From Hemiscyllium ocellatum (taxonomy: Eukaryota): a stretch of DNA of 64,000 bases. The DNA lies in contig NC_083403.1 in NCBI RefSeq assembly GCF_020745735.1, positions 121,786,526 to 121,850,525 on the forward strand. Reading direction: 5' to 3'. Each line of letters opens with the position of its first letter. Position 1 is the stretch's first letter. Positions 1-12,563 of this stretch are shown piece by piece. The notes beneath the pieces were generated by a model. It worked only from the letters and a program-made list of their open reading frames with translations. It was not told the origin of the DNA and did not search any database. Made by a program: the position numbers and the translations under genes.

Positions 1-665
1 GTATCTTTCTGCAGAGTCTTGTCTTCCCACCTACCCTTATGCCATTTTTAAGTTTTATTATTGTACATTCACTTGCCTCATCCAAGTCATTAATACATAG
101 TAAATAACTGTGGCCCAGCATTGATCCCTGTGGGATTCCACTAATTGCCTGCTGTCATCCTAAAAATGACCTCAGTATCCTAATTCCTACCTTCCAATCC
201 TTTATCCATGGACCTCCAGTTACATGGACTTTTATTAATTAGCCTAATGTGTGGTACCTTAACAAATTTCTTCTGAAAATCCAACATCCACAGCTTCCCC
301 TTTATCTGTCCTGTTTGCTACATCTTCAAAAAAAATTATAATAAGTCTACCACGCATGATTTCCCCTTCAGGGAGCCATGCTAACTCTACTTGGTTATAA
401 TATACATTCTAAGGCTTTGTTATTACATTCATGAAAATAGACCCTAATATTTTCCCAATAATAGATATTAGAGTAACTGGTCTTTAGTTACTGGTTTATT
501 GTCACTTTCACTTTTTGAATAAGGGTGTTACTTTTATTGGGTAATAAGGCAGCTTAAATGGCTGTTTTTCAATCCTCTGCGACTTTTCCAGAATTTAAGA
601 GTTCTTGCGGGATGACTACCAAAGCACCCATTATATCTTTTTAGTATCCTAGGACGCATTCAATC
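1..665 (-). mobile_element. CR1 LINE RT fragment
   Basis: Minus strand SGIPQGSMLGP, DFQKKFVKVPH, PGLD..RIL. Confidence 0.85.
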
Positions 666-772
666 AAGTCCAGGGAACAAAGTAAGAAGTTACACAACAC
701 CAGATTATTGTTCAACAGGTTTATTTGAAGTGACTTCACCTGACAAAGGAGCAGCAATTTCAAATAAACTTG

Positions 773-1108
773 ATTTGGAGATGCCGGTGTTGGACTGGGG
801 TGTACAAATCACACAACACCAGGTTATAGTCCAACAGGTTTAATTGGAAGCACACTAGCTTTCGGAGAGACGCTCCTTCATCAGGTGATTGTGGAGGGCT
901 CGATCGTAACACACAATTTATAGCAAAAATTAACAGTGTAATGTAACTGAAATTATACATTGAAAATTTAATTGTCTGTTAAGCCTTTCATCTGTTAGAA
1001 TACAGTGATAGTTTCACTTCTTTCATGTGTAAATCACAAAACCTTTTTTTTAAAGTTGCATTCTCGGGTTAGCTGTTAACAATGGTGATAGCCAGACAAT
1101 ATGTTGAC
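773..1108 (-). mobile_element. Penelope-like 3' fragment (family A) with 10-bp TSD, nested in an older hairpin copy (~683-1160)
   Basis: AATAAACTTG at 763-772 and 1109-1118. Same terminus as 5591 (atttggagatgc-ggtgttggactggggtgtacaaa). Confidence 0.85.
853..887 (-). ncRNA. Minimal type I hammerhead ribozyme motif (family A)
   Basis: CAC-CUGAUGA-A-GGAG(CGUCU)CUCC-GAAA-GC-UA^-GUG: stem I CAC/GUG, intact core, palindromic AGCU stem III. Confidence 0.8.
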
Positions 1109-1409
1109 AATAAACTTGTTGGATTTTGTGTCATGTGACTTCTGACTTCGTCCGCCCCGTCGAACATCAGCACCTCCCCTTCAAGTCCAGGGGAAGGAGA
1201 AGCAGGATAATGAAAGTAGTTATCCATGGCCGAACTCCTGTGCCCCTCAGGCTTAGGGAGCTCCAGCACGTTGCGACAGAACGGGTTGTCTCTTTTGTGG
1301 TCACTGGCAGAGGGACTGATGAACGTCTGTGCACTATTTGAGCAACTTAGGTCTTGACTTCACAAAGGACAACATAAATAACAAAAATGTTTGGAAAAAA
1401 CAGAGTCTA

Positions 1410-2330
1410 GAACGAGGCAGGAACCGAAGGAAATCAATATTAGTTGAGAAATGGCATTGGATAAATTGATGAGATTAAAGGCCAATAAATCCCTAGGGCC
1501 TGTTAATCGCAGAGTAACTAAGGGAAGTGGCCTTAGAAATAGTGGCTGCATTGGCGGTGGTGTTTCGACAGACTCTGGAATAATTCCTATGGATTGGAGT
1601 GGAGCTAATGTAACCCACTATTTAAAAAAAGTAGAGGGAATTCAGATTATAATACCCTAGGCAGCCTGACATTGGTGAAAGTGCTCAAGTCTATTACAAA
1701 GTATTTAACAACTTGAATGTTTTTCAACATTCCGACAGAATTCGACAGAGTCAGCATGAATTTACAAATGGGAAATTATGTTTGATAAATTGTGATTTTA
1801 ATGATGTCACTGGTAGAGTTGATTAGAGTGAGTAAATAGATCTAGACTTTCAGAAGTTTTCAACAAGGTCCCAAATAAGAAATTAGTATGTAAAATTGAA
1901 GTGCATAGAATTGGGGAAGTGAAGGTGTACCGACATGGATAGGAAACTGGTTGACAGAAAGGAAACAAAGAGTCAGAATATTTGGGTCTTTTTCCAAGTG
2001 GCAGCTATTGACTAGCAGGGTATCAACTATTCACGATATATATTAATGATTTAGGAGACATGTAATATCTCCATGTTTGCAGACAACACAAAGCTGGGAG
2101 TGGGAGGGTGAACTGTGAGGAGGATGCAGCGGTGCTTCAGTGTGATTTGGACAAGTTGAATGATTGGGCAAATACATGACAGATAAAGTTCAAAAGGGTT
2201 AAATGTGAGGTTATCTACTTTAGTAGCAAAATCAGGAAAGAAGATAGGTGAATGGCAATAGATTGGGAAAGGGAGAGGTGTAACTAGACCTGGGTGGCTT
2301 TGTACACCTGCCACTGAAAGTATGAAGGTA
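1410..2330 (+). mobile_element. CR1 LINE RT fragment
   Basis: LDKLMRLKANKSLGP, QSQHEF, LDFQK, ISMFADNTKL. Confidence 0.85.
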
Positions 2331-3369
2331 CACTCCTTTAAATGTGCCCTGGAGACATGGGAGATCTTTGATCCTGGCCTGGACAGAATGGTTCCCTCTG
2401 TGGGAGTTGACAGCCTCTGCCTTAGTAAATGATAGACATGGTTTGAGAGTTGATGGCTCCTGGTCCAGGACACGATTACTCCTGGTCTGGGGCACATTGG
2501 CTTCGACTGGAGGAGACACAGGAGATGAGGTCACTCAGTCTGTGCAAGAAGTAGATCCTCACAATGGCTGATAACTCACTGTAGGAAGCTCTGCAGTAAG
2601 GTCTGGCTGTCACTTAGAAATAATGGTAGCACATACATTCGCATCACCTGACACCTGATAGATGCCTTCCTGTCTGCATGATTTGATTGGCCTTAAAACC
2701 AGAGCTTGCTCATTGGCCAGCAGCCTCATGATTGCATTTGATCAGCTGCTTCTGTCCTAAAAGGCAATGTTGCACACCTCCTGATCTGACAGCTTTACCA
2801 AGCCTCTGACGGTAAACTCCAACCAATGCGGGGAACACTGTTCAGACCCAGATACAAGGGATCAGTGAATTTCTAAAAGCCAGGTCTGTGGAGGAGTAGA
2901 GAGATAAAAATAAAAATCACTGCAAACTGATGGGCATTACAAAAGAAATTGAAAGGCCAATGAATATTAGCCTTTCAGTTCTAATTAATCTTCACTGGAC
3001 CCTTTTCAATTCTAATGTATTACCCCTACAATGTGTGGCACTCAGAGCTGCTCCCCCAAACTCTGAATCATGCCTCAGGAAGGATTTATTAGCCTATAAG
3101 TATGAACAGGCCCGGCTCAGCAACACAATATTGGGGCCAAAAAGAGTTAAGTCATGAGGACAGGTTGGATAGTCTAATCCTGTATTTCCTTGCATGTAAA
3201 AGGGATGATCTAATTGAAACATTTTGGATTATTAATCCATTTGATGGGCTGGACAGAAACTATTTCCAAAATTGGGAGCAATACCGCTAGAGGGAGCCAA
3301 CTTGGGTGTGATGTTACCAGGATGCACCTCCTCACACAAAGGAACAAAGCAACAGAAGCAAGTCACGTA

Positions 3370-4190
3370 GCCTCTTGATCCTGTCCTGTCATTCAATGAG
3401 ATTACGGCTGATCTGTAACATAACTCCATATACTCAGATTTGTCCTGTGTCCCATAATACTTTAGTTAACATAAATCAGAATTACAGATTTAATATTAAC
3501 AATGAGCTAAGTGTCAATTGCCATTTGGAGAAAGAACACTAAAATTCTACCACCATTTGTGTGTAGAAGTGTTTCTTCACTTCACCTCTGAAATGGCTGA
3601 CTCTAATCTTTTGGCTATGTCCTTAATCCTAAACTCCCCACCTAGCAGCAACTTTAGTTTAGTCTTAGAGTCATACAGCACAGAAGCACACCCTTCAGTC
3701 TAACTAATCCATGCCAACCAGGTATCCCAAACTGAACTAGTCCCATTTGCTTGCGATTGTCTCACATCCCTTTAAACCTCCCTTACTCACGCACCTGTAC
3801 TTGTATTGTAATTGTACTAGCCTCTACCACTTCCTCTGTCAGCTCATTCCATGTATGCACCACCTTTGTGTGAAAATGTTGCCCCTCAGGTCTTTTTTAA
3901 ATCTTCCCCCTCTCACCTTAAACCTATGCCCTCCCGTTTCGAACTCCCGTATCCTTGGGAAAAGACCTCAGCTATTCACTTTATCCTTGCCCCTCATGAT
4001 TTTATAAACTTATATAATGTCACCCCTCAGTTTCCAGTGCTCCAAGGAGAAAAGTTCTAGCATATCCAGCCTCTCCTTATTATTCAAACCTCGAAACATT
4101 CTTGTAATTTTTTCTGCACACGATCAAAAAACCCCTTAAACTTCTAAATTCCAAGAAATATATCCCTGGTTTGTGTAAATCTGTCATCAT
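3370..4190 (-). mobile_element. Two CR1 3'-end fragments
   Basis: LRGDIIxVYKIMR motif and tatgactct tail on the minus strand. Confidence 0.75.
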
Positions 4191-4195
4191 AATTG

Positions 4196-4575
4196 AGCTG
4201 AAAACAAAAAAATGTTGGAGATCACAGTGGGTTAGGCAGCATACATGGCGAGAGAGCAAGCTAACGTTTCGCGTCTAGATGATTCTTCATCAGAGCTGAA
4301 GTGAAGTGTGGAGGAGAAGCAGGGGGTAGGGAGAGATGCTGGAGTGCTGGGGGAGAAAAGGTGTTGATAGTTCAGATTAAATGATCGGAATGTGAGGATG
4401 ACAGAACAATAGTGTGTCTAACTGGCAGACTAAAGAGAACAGATAGTCTCACTGGGATGGGAGGAGGGGAAAGCTGACATGGTGACAGAGAAGGAAACAA
4501 GCAAAGCTAAAAGAAAGGGAAGGAATGAGAGTGGGTTGACAATTTGAACTAAATATTAAGCCCAGAAGGCTCAGA
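4196..4575 (-). mobile_element. Penelope-like 3' fragment (family C)
   Basis: Minus strand reads ...(E)PSGLNI (Penelope C-terminal motif), a pyrimidine-rich tract, then a hammerhead and the gctgcctaacccactgtgatctccaacatt tail. Confidence 0.75.
4259..4297 (-). ncRNA. Minimal type I hammerhead motif (family C), stem II decayed
   Basis: AGCU-CUGAUGA-AGAAUCAUCUAGACGC-GAAA-CG-UU^-AGCU: stem I AGCU/AGCU, palindrome ACGU. Confidence 0.65.
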
Positions 4576-4886
4576 CTTACCCCACATGGATTTCATCATA
4601 ATTGAATCATTGGATTCTCAGTAGGAAGTCTGCACTGTTTTCCCTCAAAGGTCAGTACAGTGGTGTATGGAATTGCAAGCAATTAATACACAGCAGTGTT
4701 CCTCAGTTATTGACTTAGTAACCAATACTGGCTAAGATTTCCTGTTGCCTGGGACAATGGGAGATGTTTCCACTCAACTGTGAATAAGTCTTTAAACCTC
4801 TTCAGAAAGACTGGATCTTTGACAATACGAAACTGCTTCAATATTGCACTCATCATAACACACTATGATAAATACCAGTCAAAATT

Positions 4887-5181
4887 GGGGTGGCACAGTG
4901 GCTCAGTGGTTGGCACTGCTGCCTCACAGCACCAGGAACCTGCGTTCCATGCCAGCCTTGGGCGACTGTCTGTGTGGAGTTTAAACATTCTCCCCGTGTC
5001 TGTGTGGGTTTCCTCCAGTTGCTCTGGTTTCCTTCCACATTCAGGTGAACTGGCCATGCTAAATTGCCCATAGTGTTAGGTGCATTCATCAGGAAAATGA
5101 GTCAGGGTGGATTACTCTTCGGAGGATCAGTGTGGACTTGTTGGGCTGAAGGGCCTGTTTCCACTCTGTAGGGAATCAAAT
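4887..5181 (+). mobile_element. HE1-type tRNA-derived V-SINE
   Basis: A box tggctcagtgg, B-box remnant, V-domain ctgtgtggagttt..attctccccgtgtctg.gtgggtttcctcc, CR1-like tail gaagggcctgtttcc. Confidence 0.85.
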
Positions 5182-5399
5182 GAAGAACTTATGATTCTTG
5201 ATTGGGACCTGACACAGAAGTGAGAATGCTAAGGACTTTCTTCTAAAAGTATATCTTTTATTCATACAACTTGCAAATTAAAAACTATACAGAAACATAT
5301 TAACTTGAATAACGGAGAGCTTGCAAACAAACTTAACATGTGCAATTGTAATAGTTTTATATTTAGCAAATATGTTCCACATCAGGTAACCAGCCTGAG

Positions 5400-5990
5400 A
5401 GGAAAACATTTCAAATAACAAACTGATAGAAAGTAAAATCAAAATCAAGTTCTCTGCACATGCTTCACTCTGATATACCCCAATACATCTTGGACACTCT
5501 TAATTTACACCATGCATTCTTTGTTAGGCACACAGTGTAAGTGGTATTACAGTTCCCAGTCTTTCAATGTTCTCTAGCTGAATGGCCTTAATTTGGAGAT
5601 GCTGGTGTTGGACTGGGGTGTACAAAGTTAAGAATCACACCACACCAGGTTATAGTCCAACAGGTTTCATTGGAAGCACACTTGCTTTCGGAGTAGCATT
5701 CCTTCATCAGATGATTGTGACAACCACCTGATGAAGGAGCGACACTCTGAAACCTAGTGCTTCCAATGAAACCTGTTGGACTATAACCTGGTGTGTGTGA
5801 ATGGCCTTAGTAAGTGACCATTCCCCATTGTGCCTCTGCAGAGGCTATTCCAAGCTTTACTGCATCTGTCTATAGGTAATCCTGGACCTTAGAATGTGCC
5901 AGTCTGCTGCATTTGGTGAAGAACAACTGCATATACTGGAAGATCAGCAAGTTTTGGGCAGATCCAGAGCATCTTTCACTAAGTTTTCTG
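5400..5990 (-). mobile_element. Tx1-clade LINE 3' remnant (interrupted by the hairpin at 5591-5797)
   Basis: Minus strand KDAL.SAQNLLIFQ...CSRLAHSKVQDYL..AVKLG.ASAEAQWG resembles the Tx1-like ORF2 C-terminus. Confidence 0.65.
5591..5797. mobile_element. Fold-back (hairpin) Penelope-derived insertion, family A, 12-bp TSD
   Basis: TGAATGGCCTTA at 5579-5590 and 5798-5809. Inverted arms meet near 5720; a hammerhead core on each arm (plus 5725-5759; minus ~5678-5712, decayed). Confidence 0.9.
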
Positions 5991-6957
5991 TCTGTCTCCA
6001 GTTAAAAATAACGTTTATGCCAATTTCAATTCATATCTCTTTCAATGCAAACTCCTAAATGCTAAACAATCTTCAGATTGAATGACACTTATCAAGCTCT
6101 CACATTTTGCATTTACTTTTTTACACTAAGGACTCTTGAGATAGCTACAGTGGGAATATTCAGGAAAGTGACCAATTTGGCTTTTATGGGTTGTTCCGTG
6201 TAGAAAACCATGTGTTGATGACTGTCAATAACTAGTTGCTGCTCTCTACTCACTAAGAGCTCCTCAAAGCTACGGACTTCATTAACGAGTTGAAAGTTGA
6301 TTTAACAAATCTTACTGTTTGACTTCAGAAGATTGACATTGACAGTGATGCACATTATAAATATAGTCACATTCATAGTTCATCAGACTTATTGCTTTTC
6401 TCTCAGATTTAACCAAACCAACGACTAAATATCATTTTTATTTACTTTTAATTGAAGCTTATTTTGATACATTGGATGCTGCCATCTAGTGTTTTATTTG
6501 TGTTTCTCTATAAAGTTTAACGGTGCTGACTGTTGCCACCCAGTGGTCATTTGGATAATACAGAATTGCTGTTTTGGTATATGCTCATAGACCTTAAACT
6601 ATATAGTTATGGTTACATTACGCAGTCACTAATTTCTCTTCTTCATATATTTAATTCCAAGTAATCTGTGTTTTTTCCAGAGCGTCTGACTCTCGTGTTT
6701 TCCAGAGTGATCCTTCTAATCCCTAAATTGCAAGTGTGTTCTAATTCTGCCCACATTATGATATTTATACTCAGTATAGTGTCTAACTCCATTACATCAT
6801 CATAAAGTTCCTCCAGGGTCCTAATCCCCTTACTAAACAAAGATTATTTCACTCATCATAAAGAAGCAATATAAAAACAAAATGGGATGAAGTAACTTCA
6901 AAATTCTAAGCAAGGAAATGAGATAGTCTTTGGAAAAACAGGCAGGAACATAGAACC

Positions 6958-7095
6958 ATGCTGAAAAATGGCCACTGGACTCAAAATGTTAACTCTGTTT
7001 TCTCTCCACAGGTGCTAGACCTGCTGAATTTCTCCAGCAATTTCTGTTTTGGTTTGCTTTCAGATGTCCAGTATCTACAGTTCTTTGTTTTTTAT
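6958..7095 (+). mobile_element. Old Penelope-like 3' end (family D); relatives at ~21955-22050, ~52795-52920 and ~62320-62560
   Basis: Shared ctgaagaagg(g)ccactggac(t/c)cgaaacgttaactctg...ctctccacagatgctgccagacctgctga pattern, degenerate in each copy. Confidence 0.65.
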
Positions 7096-7599
7096 TTTAA
7101 GAACATGGAGCAGTTAGCAAAGGTGTGAAATTATTAAGATCAGAGACTTTGGCTTTCTCCATCAACAGCGATGTATTGTGCTTTCCTCAGAAATGTCTCT
7201 GTGATCTGGCCAATATTCTGGCCATGGGGTCAACATCATGTGAGTGGAGAAGTCCCCTGGGCATGGTTAGGAAGCTGCATTAATCAGAGACCTATCATAA
7301 GGAGCATAAAGAGACAACTAGTGTGGGCAAACTGTAAATGTAATATTTTCCTCTGCATTCCAGAACTCTGAAAATGCTTGCATAGGCCATCTGTGCTACC
7401 AGTGGCTGAAGGTCAGGGTGTAATAAGTCTCTGTATCTATTTCCCAGCTGTATTAGTGACAGGAAGCACGGTGAGTAAAAGACTGTGGTGTGCAAACCAG
7501 TAAAGTGCATTGAATACACAACGAGAACAATAATGATCTTATTGAATAGTGGAGCCAGCACAAAGAGCCAAGTGGCCTATTACTATTTCTCAGTCCTAT

Positions 7600-8160
7600 A
7601 TTAACAGCACTGAAAGAGGTCATTCAACCCATCGTGTCCATGCCAGTCAAGATCTGACTACATTAGTCCTATTATCCAGTTTTTGTACCATCGCCCTGAA
7701 GGCTATGGCAACAGAAGTTAATATCTAAATACTGCTTTAATGTTACAAGTCTTTCTGACTGAACCAGCCTTTTTGGCCATGATTTCCAAACCCCTGCCAC
7801 ATTCTAAGTGAATAAAAATTCTCAGCTCTCAGTTAGCTTTTGATCTCTTACCTAAATTCAATGCTCCTTGGTTATTAACCCCTCTACTAATGTAACAAGT
7901 GCTTTCCTATGAACCCTAACTATGTTTCTCATAGTCTGACACTCTATAAAACTGGCCCTTTGTTCTGATACATCCCTTCTCCTTTGTTTAAACAATGGCA
8001 GGACATTAGCGGTTCTCCAGTCCTCTAGTACTTCACGTGTTGTGAGAGAGTATTTGGAAATTACTGCCAGAACTCCTGATATCTCCTCTCTTATCTTCCC
8101 CAATAGCCTGGGATATATTATGTACAGACCTGCTTAAGGCTGCAAAATCCTTCAGTACTT
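7600..8160 (-). mobile_element. CR1 fragments
   Basis: EISGVLAVI..SLTTREVLEDWRTANVLPLFK; 3' end near 7610. Confidence 0.7.
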
Positions 8161-8172
8161 TCTGTCTCTCTT

Positions 8173-9050
8173 TTGAGTAAATTTCCACATGACATCAAAA
8201 CTGGAGGTGTACAGCACAGTGAAGAAAGTTACCTCAGAGTAGAACAGGACCTTAAACAGATGGGCCAATGGACTGAGGAGTGGCAGATGGAGTTTAATTT
8301 AGATAAATGCGAGGTGCTGTATTTTGGAAAGGCAAATCAGAGCAGAACTTATACACTTAATGGTAAGGTCCTGGGGCATGTTGCTGAACAAAGAGACCTT
8401 GGAGCGCAGGTTCATAGCTCCTTGAAAGTGGAGTTGCAGGTAGTTAGGATAGTGAAGATGGCATTTAGTATGCTTTCGTTTATTGATCAGAGTATTGAGT
8501 ATAGGAGTTGGGAGGCCATGTTGCAGCTGCACAGGACATTTGGCTAGGCCATTTTTGGAATATTGTGTGCAATTCTGGTCTCCCTCCTATAGGAAGGATG
8601 TTGTGAAACTTGAGTAACAGGGAGAGGCTGAATAGACTGGGGCTGTTTTCCCTGGAGTGTTGGAGGTGGAGGGGTGACCTCATAGAGGTTTATAAAATCA
8701 TGAGGGGCATGGATGCAGTGAATAGACAAAGTCTTTTCCCTGGGGTGGGGAAGTCCAAAATTAGAGGGGGCTGATTTAAGGTGAGAGGGGAAAGATTTAA
8801 ATGGGACTGAAAGGGAAACTTTTTCATGCAGAAGGTGGTGAGTGTATGGAATGAGCTACCAGAGGAAGTAGTGGATACTGGTACAATTACAATATTTAAA
8901 AGACGTCTGGATGGGTATATGAATAGGAAGGGTTTAGAGTGATATGGGCCAAATGCTGGCAAATGGGGCTAGATTAATTGAGGATATCTGGTTGGCATGG
9001 ATGAGTTGGACCGGAGGGTCTGTTTCCATGCTGTACAGCTCTATGACTCA
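8173..9050 (+). mobile_element. CR1/HER1 LINE 3' portion
   Basis: KF..DIKTGG, WQMEFNLDKCEVLYFG, LEYCVQFWSP, RGDLIEVYKIMRG; tail tctatgactc. Confidence 0.92.
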
Positions 9051-9165
9051 ATAACTACAGTTCTTAAGGTTAAAGGAATCAAAGGGTATGGGGAGGAGGA
9101 GGGATCAACATATTGAGTTGAATGTTTGGCATGATCATTTAAATGATCAGCCATGTTGTCACAGT

Positions 9166-9432
9166 AAAAAATGAGGTCTGCAGATGCTGGAGATCACTGC
9201 TGCAAATGTGTTGCTGGTCAAAGCACAGCAGGCCAGGCAGCATCTCAGGAATAGAGAATTCGACATTTCGAGCATAAGCCCTTCATCATATAATAAGAGA
9301 GAGAGAGCCAAGCTTGGCTGCTTGGCTCTCTCTCTCTTATTCCTGATGAAGGGCTTATGCTCGAAACGTCGAATTCTCTATTCCTGAGATGCTGCCTGGC
9401 CTGCTGTGCTTTGACCAGCAACACATTTGCAG
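9166..9432. mobile_element. Fold-back Penelope-derived insertion, family B, 14-bp TSD, inserted in the head of a SINE
   Basis: CATGTTGTCACAGT at 9152-9165 and 9433-9446. Arms 9198-9288 and 9344-9434 are 91-bp inverted repeats with one mismatch. Confidence 0.93.
9339..9374 (+). ncRNA. Intact minimal type I hammerhead ribozyme motif (family B)
   Basis: AUUC-CUGAUGA-A-GGGC(UUAU)GCUC-GAAA-CG-UC^-GAAU: stem I AUUC/GAAU, GUC cleavage triplet (after 9370), ACGU palindrome. Confidence 0.85.
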
Positions 9433-9640
9433 CATGTTGTCACAGTGGTTAGCACTGCTGCCTTACAGTGCTAGGACCTTGGGTTTGATTCCACCCTCAG
9501 GCGACAGTCTGGTGGAGTTTGCATATTCTCCCTTTGTCAGCGTGGGTTTCCTCCTACAGTCCAAAGATGCACAGGTGAGATGGATTACCCATGGGAATTG
9601 CATGGTTATGGGATGGGATGCTATTCGGAGCATCTGTGTT
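9433..9640 (+). mobile_element. HE1-type SINE (head split by the hairpin insertion)
   Basis: cacagtggttagcactgctgcc...gggtttgattcc...ggagtttgcatattctcc. Confidence 0.8.
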
Positions 9641-9669
9641 AGTACCTTATTATTTTTTATACTTCTCTG

Positions 9670-10440
9670 AAGTTTGCTTACAAATTTGATCTCTCTCCCT
9701 GACTGTTTGGAAGTCTATGGTACAAACCCATCAATATGTTGACCCTTTTGTGTTTTTACTTCTACCCATAAGATCTCATTTGGTGATTCTTCCAATCTAT
9801 TATCCTCGTTAATTAATTCATTGTTCAGTATTTCATAAATCTCCTCCACTCTTCCACTTCCCTTTTTACCTCATCTGACTATCCAATAACCAGGAATGTT
9901 GAGCTGGCAAATGTGCCCATCTTTTAGCGGACTCTTGTTCATAGCCATCTATGCCTATCTGTGCCCTCAGTTCCTCTATTTAATTCCTTAGGCTCTTTGC
10001 ATTAAAGTTTATTCTACATAGCCTTGCTAGACTCACGTTTTTGTTAACTAATCTGTTTCGTCTGCTTTCCAGACTAAGTCACGTTTAACTTCTATTTCTG
10101 TATCAGCTTCTCTCCCGCCTGATCTTCTTGTCAGGATTCCATCCCCTGCCAATAAAATAATTTAAATCCTCCCAGCATCATTAGCAAACCTCTCACAGTG
10201 ATGTTGATCCCGATCCTGTTCAGATGAAATCCATCAAACTCACATACCTCCTCTGGAAACGGTCCCAATCCCTTAGGAATCTAAAGCCATCTCTCCTGTA
10301 TGTTCTCTTCAGCCACACACTCACCTGCTCTGCCCTTTTATTCCTATTTTCACTTCTTCATGGTAATGTAAGTTACCCAGAAGTTTCTATCTTTGATGTT
10401 CTGCTTTTCAATTTCCAACCTACCTCCCTAAATTCTGCTT
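9670..10440 (-). mobile_element. Old CR1 5'/internal fragment
   Basis: Degenerate CR1-like sequence directly adjoining the younger CR1 at 10445. Confidence 0.5.
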
Positions 10441-10444
10441 GTGG

Positions 10445-11865
10445 GACTTAGAGTCATTGAGATGTACAACATGGAAACAGACCCTTCGGTCCAACCCGTC
10501 CATGCCGACCAGATATCTCAACCCAACCTAGTCCCACCTGCCAGCACCTGGCCCATATCCCTCCAAACCCTTCCTACTCATATACCCATCCACAGATGCC
10601 TTTTAAATGTTGCAATTGTATCAGCCTCCACCACATCCTCTGGCAGCTCATTCCATACACGTACTATCCTCTGCGTGAAAAAGTTGCCCCTTAGATCCCG
10701 TTTATATCTTTTCCCTTATCACCCTAAACCTATGCTCTCTAGTTCTGGACTCCTCACCCCATGGAAAAGACCTTGCCTATTTACCCTATCCATGCCCCTC
10801 ATAGTTTTATAAACCTCGATAAGGTCAACCTCAACTTCTGATGCTCCAGGGAAAACAGGCCTAGCCTGTTCAGCCTCTCCCTATAGCTCAAGTCTTCCAA
10901 CCCTTGGAAACATCCTTGTAAATCTTTTTTAAACCTTTTCAAGTTTCACAACATCCTTCCAATAGGAAAGAGACCAGAATTGCACGCAATATTTCAAAAG
11001 TGGCCTAACCAATGTCCTGTACAGCCGCAACATGACCTCACAACTCCTGTACTCAATACTCTGACCAATAAAGGAAAGCATACCAAACGCCTTCTTCAAT
11101 ATCTTAACTACCTGCAACTCTACTTTCAAGGAGCTATGAATCAAGGTCCTTTTGTTCAACAACATTCCCTAGGACCTTACCGTTAAGTACATAAGTTCCG
11201 TTAAGATTTGCTTTTCCAAAATGCAGCACCTTGCATTTTTATAAACTCTATCTGCCACTCCTCAGCCCATTGACTCATCTGATCAAGATCCCATTGTAAT
11301 CTGAGGTAACCTTCTTCATTGTCTACTACACCTCCAAGTTTGGTGCCATCTACAAACTAACTGTACCTCTTAAGTTCACATCCAAATCATTTATCTAAAT
11401 GACAAAAAGTAGAGGACCCAACACTGATCTTTGTGGCACTCCACTGGTCACAGGCCTCCAATTTGAAAAACAACCCTCCATCACCACCCTCTGTCTTCTA
11501 CCTTTGAACCAGTTGTGTTTCCAAATGGCTAGTTCTTCCTGTTATCCATAAGATGTCACATTACTAACCAGTCTCCCATGGGGAACCTTGTCAAATGTCT
11601 TACTGAAGTCCATATAGATCACATCTACCACTCTTCCTCATCAATCCTCTTTGTTACTTCTTCAAAAATCTCAATCAATTTTGTGAGACATGATTTCCCA
11701 CACACATGACTTCCCTAATCAGTCCTTGCCTTTCCAAATACATGTACATCCTGTCCCTCAGGATTTCCTCCAACAACTTGCCCACTACAGACGTCAGGCT
11801 CATTGGTCTATAGTTTCCTGGCTTGTCCTTACCACCTTTCTTAAATAATGGTACCATGCTAGTCA
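10445..11865 (-). mobile_element. Young CR1/HER1 LINE, 5'-truncated
   Basis: [71 protein letters not shown]; tail atgactct. Confidence 0.93.
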
Positions 11866-12311
11866 GTCTCTCTTTCTTCTTGTTCCATGGCCATGTTTCC
11901 TTAACTCGCCCAGACAAGAACAGTTTCTGCAAATGGAGCTGGCATTTGGCACAATAGGGATTCTATCTCATGTATTTCCTCACATATGATCAGTGACCTT
12001 CTTTAGTATACCCGAGCTGTCAAAGTCAGCAGCTGAATTCTCTGCAGCGCAGGTAATACTGTACACAACTGCACCTTTCATTGAGCAGGTACATATAATC
12101 CTCACTGCTGGATATTTATGGCTGTTGATTCACACACAATGGATGCCCCATCTTTCAGTCTACTCCACCACCTGCCTATTAGTGCTCATCTCTGAGCTAA
12201 AACCTACATGAAAGATTGAGTCACACTGCATCTTTAAGAAAGCTTACCTCCACCTCCTGACATCACAGAGAAATGTACACATTTGGAGCACATGAAATGT
12301 AAGAGTGGGAG

Positions 12312-12563
12312 TTAGCATGGTGGCTCAATGGTTAGTACTGCTGCCTCACAATGCCAGGGACCTGGGTTCGATTCCTCAGGTGACTGTCTATGTGGAGTTT
12401 ACATTCTTCCCTGGGTTTCCACTGGGTGCTCTGGTTTCCTCCTACTGATCAAAGATATGTATACCAAGTGGATTAGGGATTGGGTCTTAGTGGGATGCTG
12501 TTTAGAGGGTTGGTGTGGACTTGATGGGCCAAATGGCCTGTTTCCACACTGTTGGAATTCTAT
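12312..12563 (+). mobile_element. HE1-type SINE
   Basis: tggctcaatggttagtactgctgcctcaca...ggttcgattcc; tail gggccaaatggcctgtttccacact. Confidence 0.85.

Noticed and set aside
2330-2880. Possible Harbinger Myb/SANT remnant (EAVNSH..TILSRPGSK)
   Set aside because: Similarity too weak to call without an HMM search.
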